Below are positions 61,030 through 64,000 of a DNA stretch of 64,000 nt, piece by piece. The notes beneath the pieces were generated by a model. It did no database searches. It saw only the letters and a list, made by a program, of their open reading frames with translations, and was not told the origin of the DNA. The stretch spans positions 52,142,001 through 52,206,000 of the forward strand of contig OZ287748.1 in the NCBI GenBank assembly GCA_965649765.1, in the 5' to 3' direction. Positions within the stretch are counted from its first letter, which is position 1; each line of letters starts with the position of its first letter. The position numbers and the translations under genes were made by a program. Source of the DNA: Bispira polyomma (Eukaryota).

Positions 61030-64000
61030 ACGTGAAATATCACATTTTATTGCAATACAATTACTTACCCAGTGAAACTGTGTGCTTACCGGTAGTTCGC
61101 CTGCCGGTGATGACCAATCCCTAAGAGAAAAGGGGTTTTAGACCGGTCGCCTCCAGTGATACTCGGCCCCTTCCGGGGACCGGGGATATCACATGACCCT
61201 GCGCAAGAAGCTGCGCACTGACCATTCTTTTACTGGTCACCATTTTGTGGATATCGTTTTTTTCACCAGCGAACCTTTTATCAGGATTGTTCTTGATTTG
61301 TTTAGAACTGTGGATTAATTTTTGACAAGGAGTTGTACTTTAGTGTATGGATCATCTTGAGGGTTTTTGGCGCTTTGTGGGTGGAGATGTGGAATTTTCT
61401 CAGAACTTTTAGTTCTGGACTCACTCACTCACCACCTGAAAAAGAAAATGGCAACCTGGGTAACACCAGTTCTGTGGCATTTTCTGGTGATGGGGCTACC
61501 CTCTCCTGGAGAGGGTAGGAGTGCTGTGCTATGGATGTTTACATTCATTAGCCTTGTCAGCTCTGTAGAGACTAGGCCTGCTCCCGGGCAGACTCATTCT
61601 CCACTACAAATACCCCCCATCTTGATCATTCTGGCTATGATCATTGTGACTATGGTACTGGCAGTAATAGCTCTGGCGTGTGTTGCTACACCGCCTCCTA
61701 AACCACAGAGGGCTCAGTCTTTGAGTGGAACTAAGCCAGGGCAAAAGCAGGGTCGTTGCCGCCACTTCTTTGCCATCTGGGACGAACACGGTTGGTGCCC
61801 AACATGCCGTCAGTCCCGCAAAGACCATGATCCCTGTGCTAAGAGCACAGAACTGTGTAAATTTTGTGACGCTCTCACTGATAAGCAACAAGCAAAGATC
61901 AAGGCTAGAGTCACCTACCGCCAGCGGCAGGAAAAGAAGAAGGCCCCTCTAGCAACCCCAGAGGACACCCTCCTAGACTCCCCGGCTCGGTTCACCGGTC
62001 CTACTGGTCCCGGCGCCAGCATTGAAGCCATGGATGTGTCTGAGCAACAAGAAGACTTGCTACTCTCGGTTTTCCCACCAGGTACTTCCAGTACCCGGGC
62101 TAGGGTTTCTGCTTCGGTGGCTGGTTCCTCCAGCCCACCTCGACCTCAGCGTTATGAGATTAAAATTCCTTTGTCCAGCGTAGAGCAGATTATTCTAGTC
62201 ATGCCTGGAATACATAAATTGCCTATTCCGCCTCTAATGCCACTGACTCAGTCAAGGACAATGGTCGAGAATTTGAGGCACCAGTTATCCTCGGAGCTGG
62301 TATCTCTACACGATAAGCTGGAATCACAGCAAACCCGCGCCGATGCTTTAATGAAACAGCAGGCTGAAAAGTCTGATAATATGTTAAAAAAACTTCTCAT
62401 GCAGGAGTTGACTGTGTTTAAAAGCTAATCTTGTGATCGGGACCGAAAACCACAACCGGATCTCTCGGTCTTCACCACCAGATCTGAAAGGACTGGCTGG
62501 GATGTGCCAGAGACACACCACAAGCTCAACAGAGGCTACAGGGAACCTCTCTTTGAGACACCGACGGAACCTTATGGCCCTCACCGGTCCAAACTTCCTG
62601 CGGTCAGTCAAATGCTGGACATCCCAGAGCCAAAGGAAGTCCCTAAGGAACAATTTTAGGGCTCAGACTGCCGAGGAGGAAACCAAAGTGGCTCCTTCAT
62701 TAAAGTTGCCTTGTCTGGATCTGGCTGACAAGTTCCAGGCTCTTACTATCGCCACCACCGCTCATCCCTCTGATGGCGAGTTCAGGCGACTCCAGCAAGG
62801 GAAGTTAATTAAAATGCCCCGCTCGGATGTCAAGTTTTACCCGATTCAGGATCCCAAGTGGTCGGCCACTCCACAGTTGCTCAATCCGAATTTCCGGGAC
62901 ATTGAGCAAAACAACCCCAAGCAGGCCCCGACCTGCCACGTCTCACAAAGGCAGATGTGTCAGATGGGAGGGTAGATATAAAGAGTGGCTTGCTGCTCTA
63001 AATCACTACTCTCATTTCTCCAGAGCTTCGGAGGTGGAGACCGGTTATATATCTCAATATCCTCAACCAATACCTCGAGATCCACAAGTTCAGCATGGAG
63101 ACGCCGGAATCAATCCGGGCCTCCTTACAACAAGGGGAATGGGTGACCTCATTGGATCTCACAGACGCCTACCTACATATACCCATTTACCCGAAGTCTC
63201 AGAAATACCTCAGGTTCCACCATCGAGGAAAGTCCTACCAGTTCAGGGCCCTCCCCTTCAGACTAGCTACAGGCCATCATGAGTTCACTCTGCTAGTCTG
63301 GCTCTCAAGGATCATCTCATGTGGTGGTTAGATCCAGACAATGTATTGGTGGGGGATTCCCTATATCCTCTAGAGCACAACACGTTGCTCTTTACAGACG
63401 CCTCAAACGAAGGCTGGGGCGCTCACTTGGATCACAATACAGCAAGAGGCGGGTGGTCAGTGTCCGAACAAGATCTTCATATCAACGTTCCAGAACTGAA
63501 GGCCGTATATCTGGCTATCAAGGTTTTTCAAGTTCAGTGCACCGGTCAAAGAGTCCTTCTGTCAACCGACAACTCCTCGGTAGTGGCTTAAATCAACAAG
63601 CAGGGAGGCACCCACTCATTGGAGATGTGTGCCCTAATCTGGAGAATACAAACTTTGTGTCACAAGTTAGCCATAACTCTCAGAGCACGCCACATTCCCG
63701 GATGTCGGAACGTCATCGTCGTCGCATTCTCCAGAAAGAACCAAGTCATCCAGTCAGAGTGGTCCCTCTGTCCTCAGATATTCAAAACCCTGTGTAGCCA
63801 GTCGTATCTGTTCACCACAAACTTGATTTGCGTCTCTCCACTCCCAGACCCACAGGCTTGGGCAGTGAATGCTCTCATCATCTCTTGGGATAACCTAGAT
63901 GCATATTGTTATCGCCCGACAGCCCTGATCACAAAGGTGGTCAGCAAAGTACACACCCACAGGTGCAGGATACTACTCATAGCCTCAGGGTGGCCGGGAA
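61030..64000 (+). mobile_element. DIRS1-like YR retrotransposon (gag, partly deleted RT, RNase H, MT-like domain), runs off the window
   Basis: gag CRHFFAIWDEHGWCPTCR; RT SLDLTDAYLHIP...YQFRALPF; RNase H FTDASNEGWGAH, HINVPEL, STDNSSVV; downstream SPLPDPQAWAVNAL..SW matches the DIRS1 methyltransferase-like region. Confidence 0.9.

Noticed and set aside
61367-61700. Transmembrane-like N-terminus of the 353-aa ORF as a host membrane protein
   Set aside because: In frame with, and inside, DIRS gag; non-ATG start in the element leader

Overview
AT-rich eukaryotic (animal) genomic DNA; the protocadherin and repeat content suggest an invertebrate, plausibly a lophotrochozoan (inference). Bases ~1-49,000 are a dense, deeply nested set of decayed transposons: a Gypsy LTR element with a tRNA-Trp PBS, Tx1/L1, L2 and CR1-type LINE remnants, two Harbinger/PIF elements, a hAT, several MITEs, two tRNA-derived SINEs, a solo LTR and minisatellites. 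Six tyrosine-recombinase (YR) retrotransposon copies occur across the window: four Ngaro-like and two DIRS1-like. Host genes: an intact 7-repeat protocadherin ectodomain/TM exon (56.6-59.4 kb, +) preceded by ~7 kb with no recognisable TEs, and two putative terminal exons of an unidentified gene (20.7-22.5 kb, -). The best candidate for something undescribed is the Ngaro-like YR family. The one copy with both ends definable shows no split direct repeats and is integrated at a 3-bp TGT core. Three diverged copies carry a TAAGGT/ACCTTA-bounded multi-hairpin module with compensatory changes just 3' of the YR ORF. The most complete copy has an A_AAA_AAC -1 frameshift site at the gag-pol junction and a splice acceptor in front of YR. 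All calls come from manual reading; no database searches were run.
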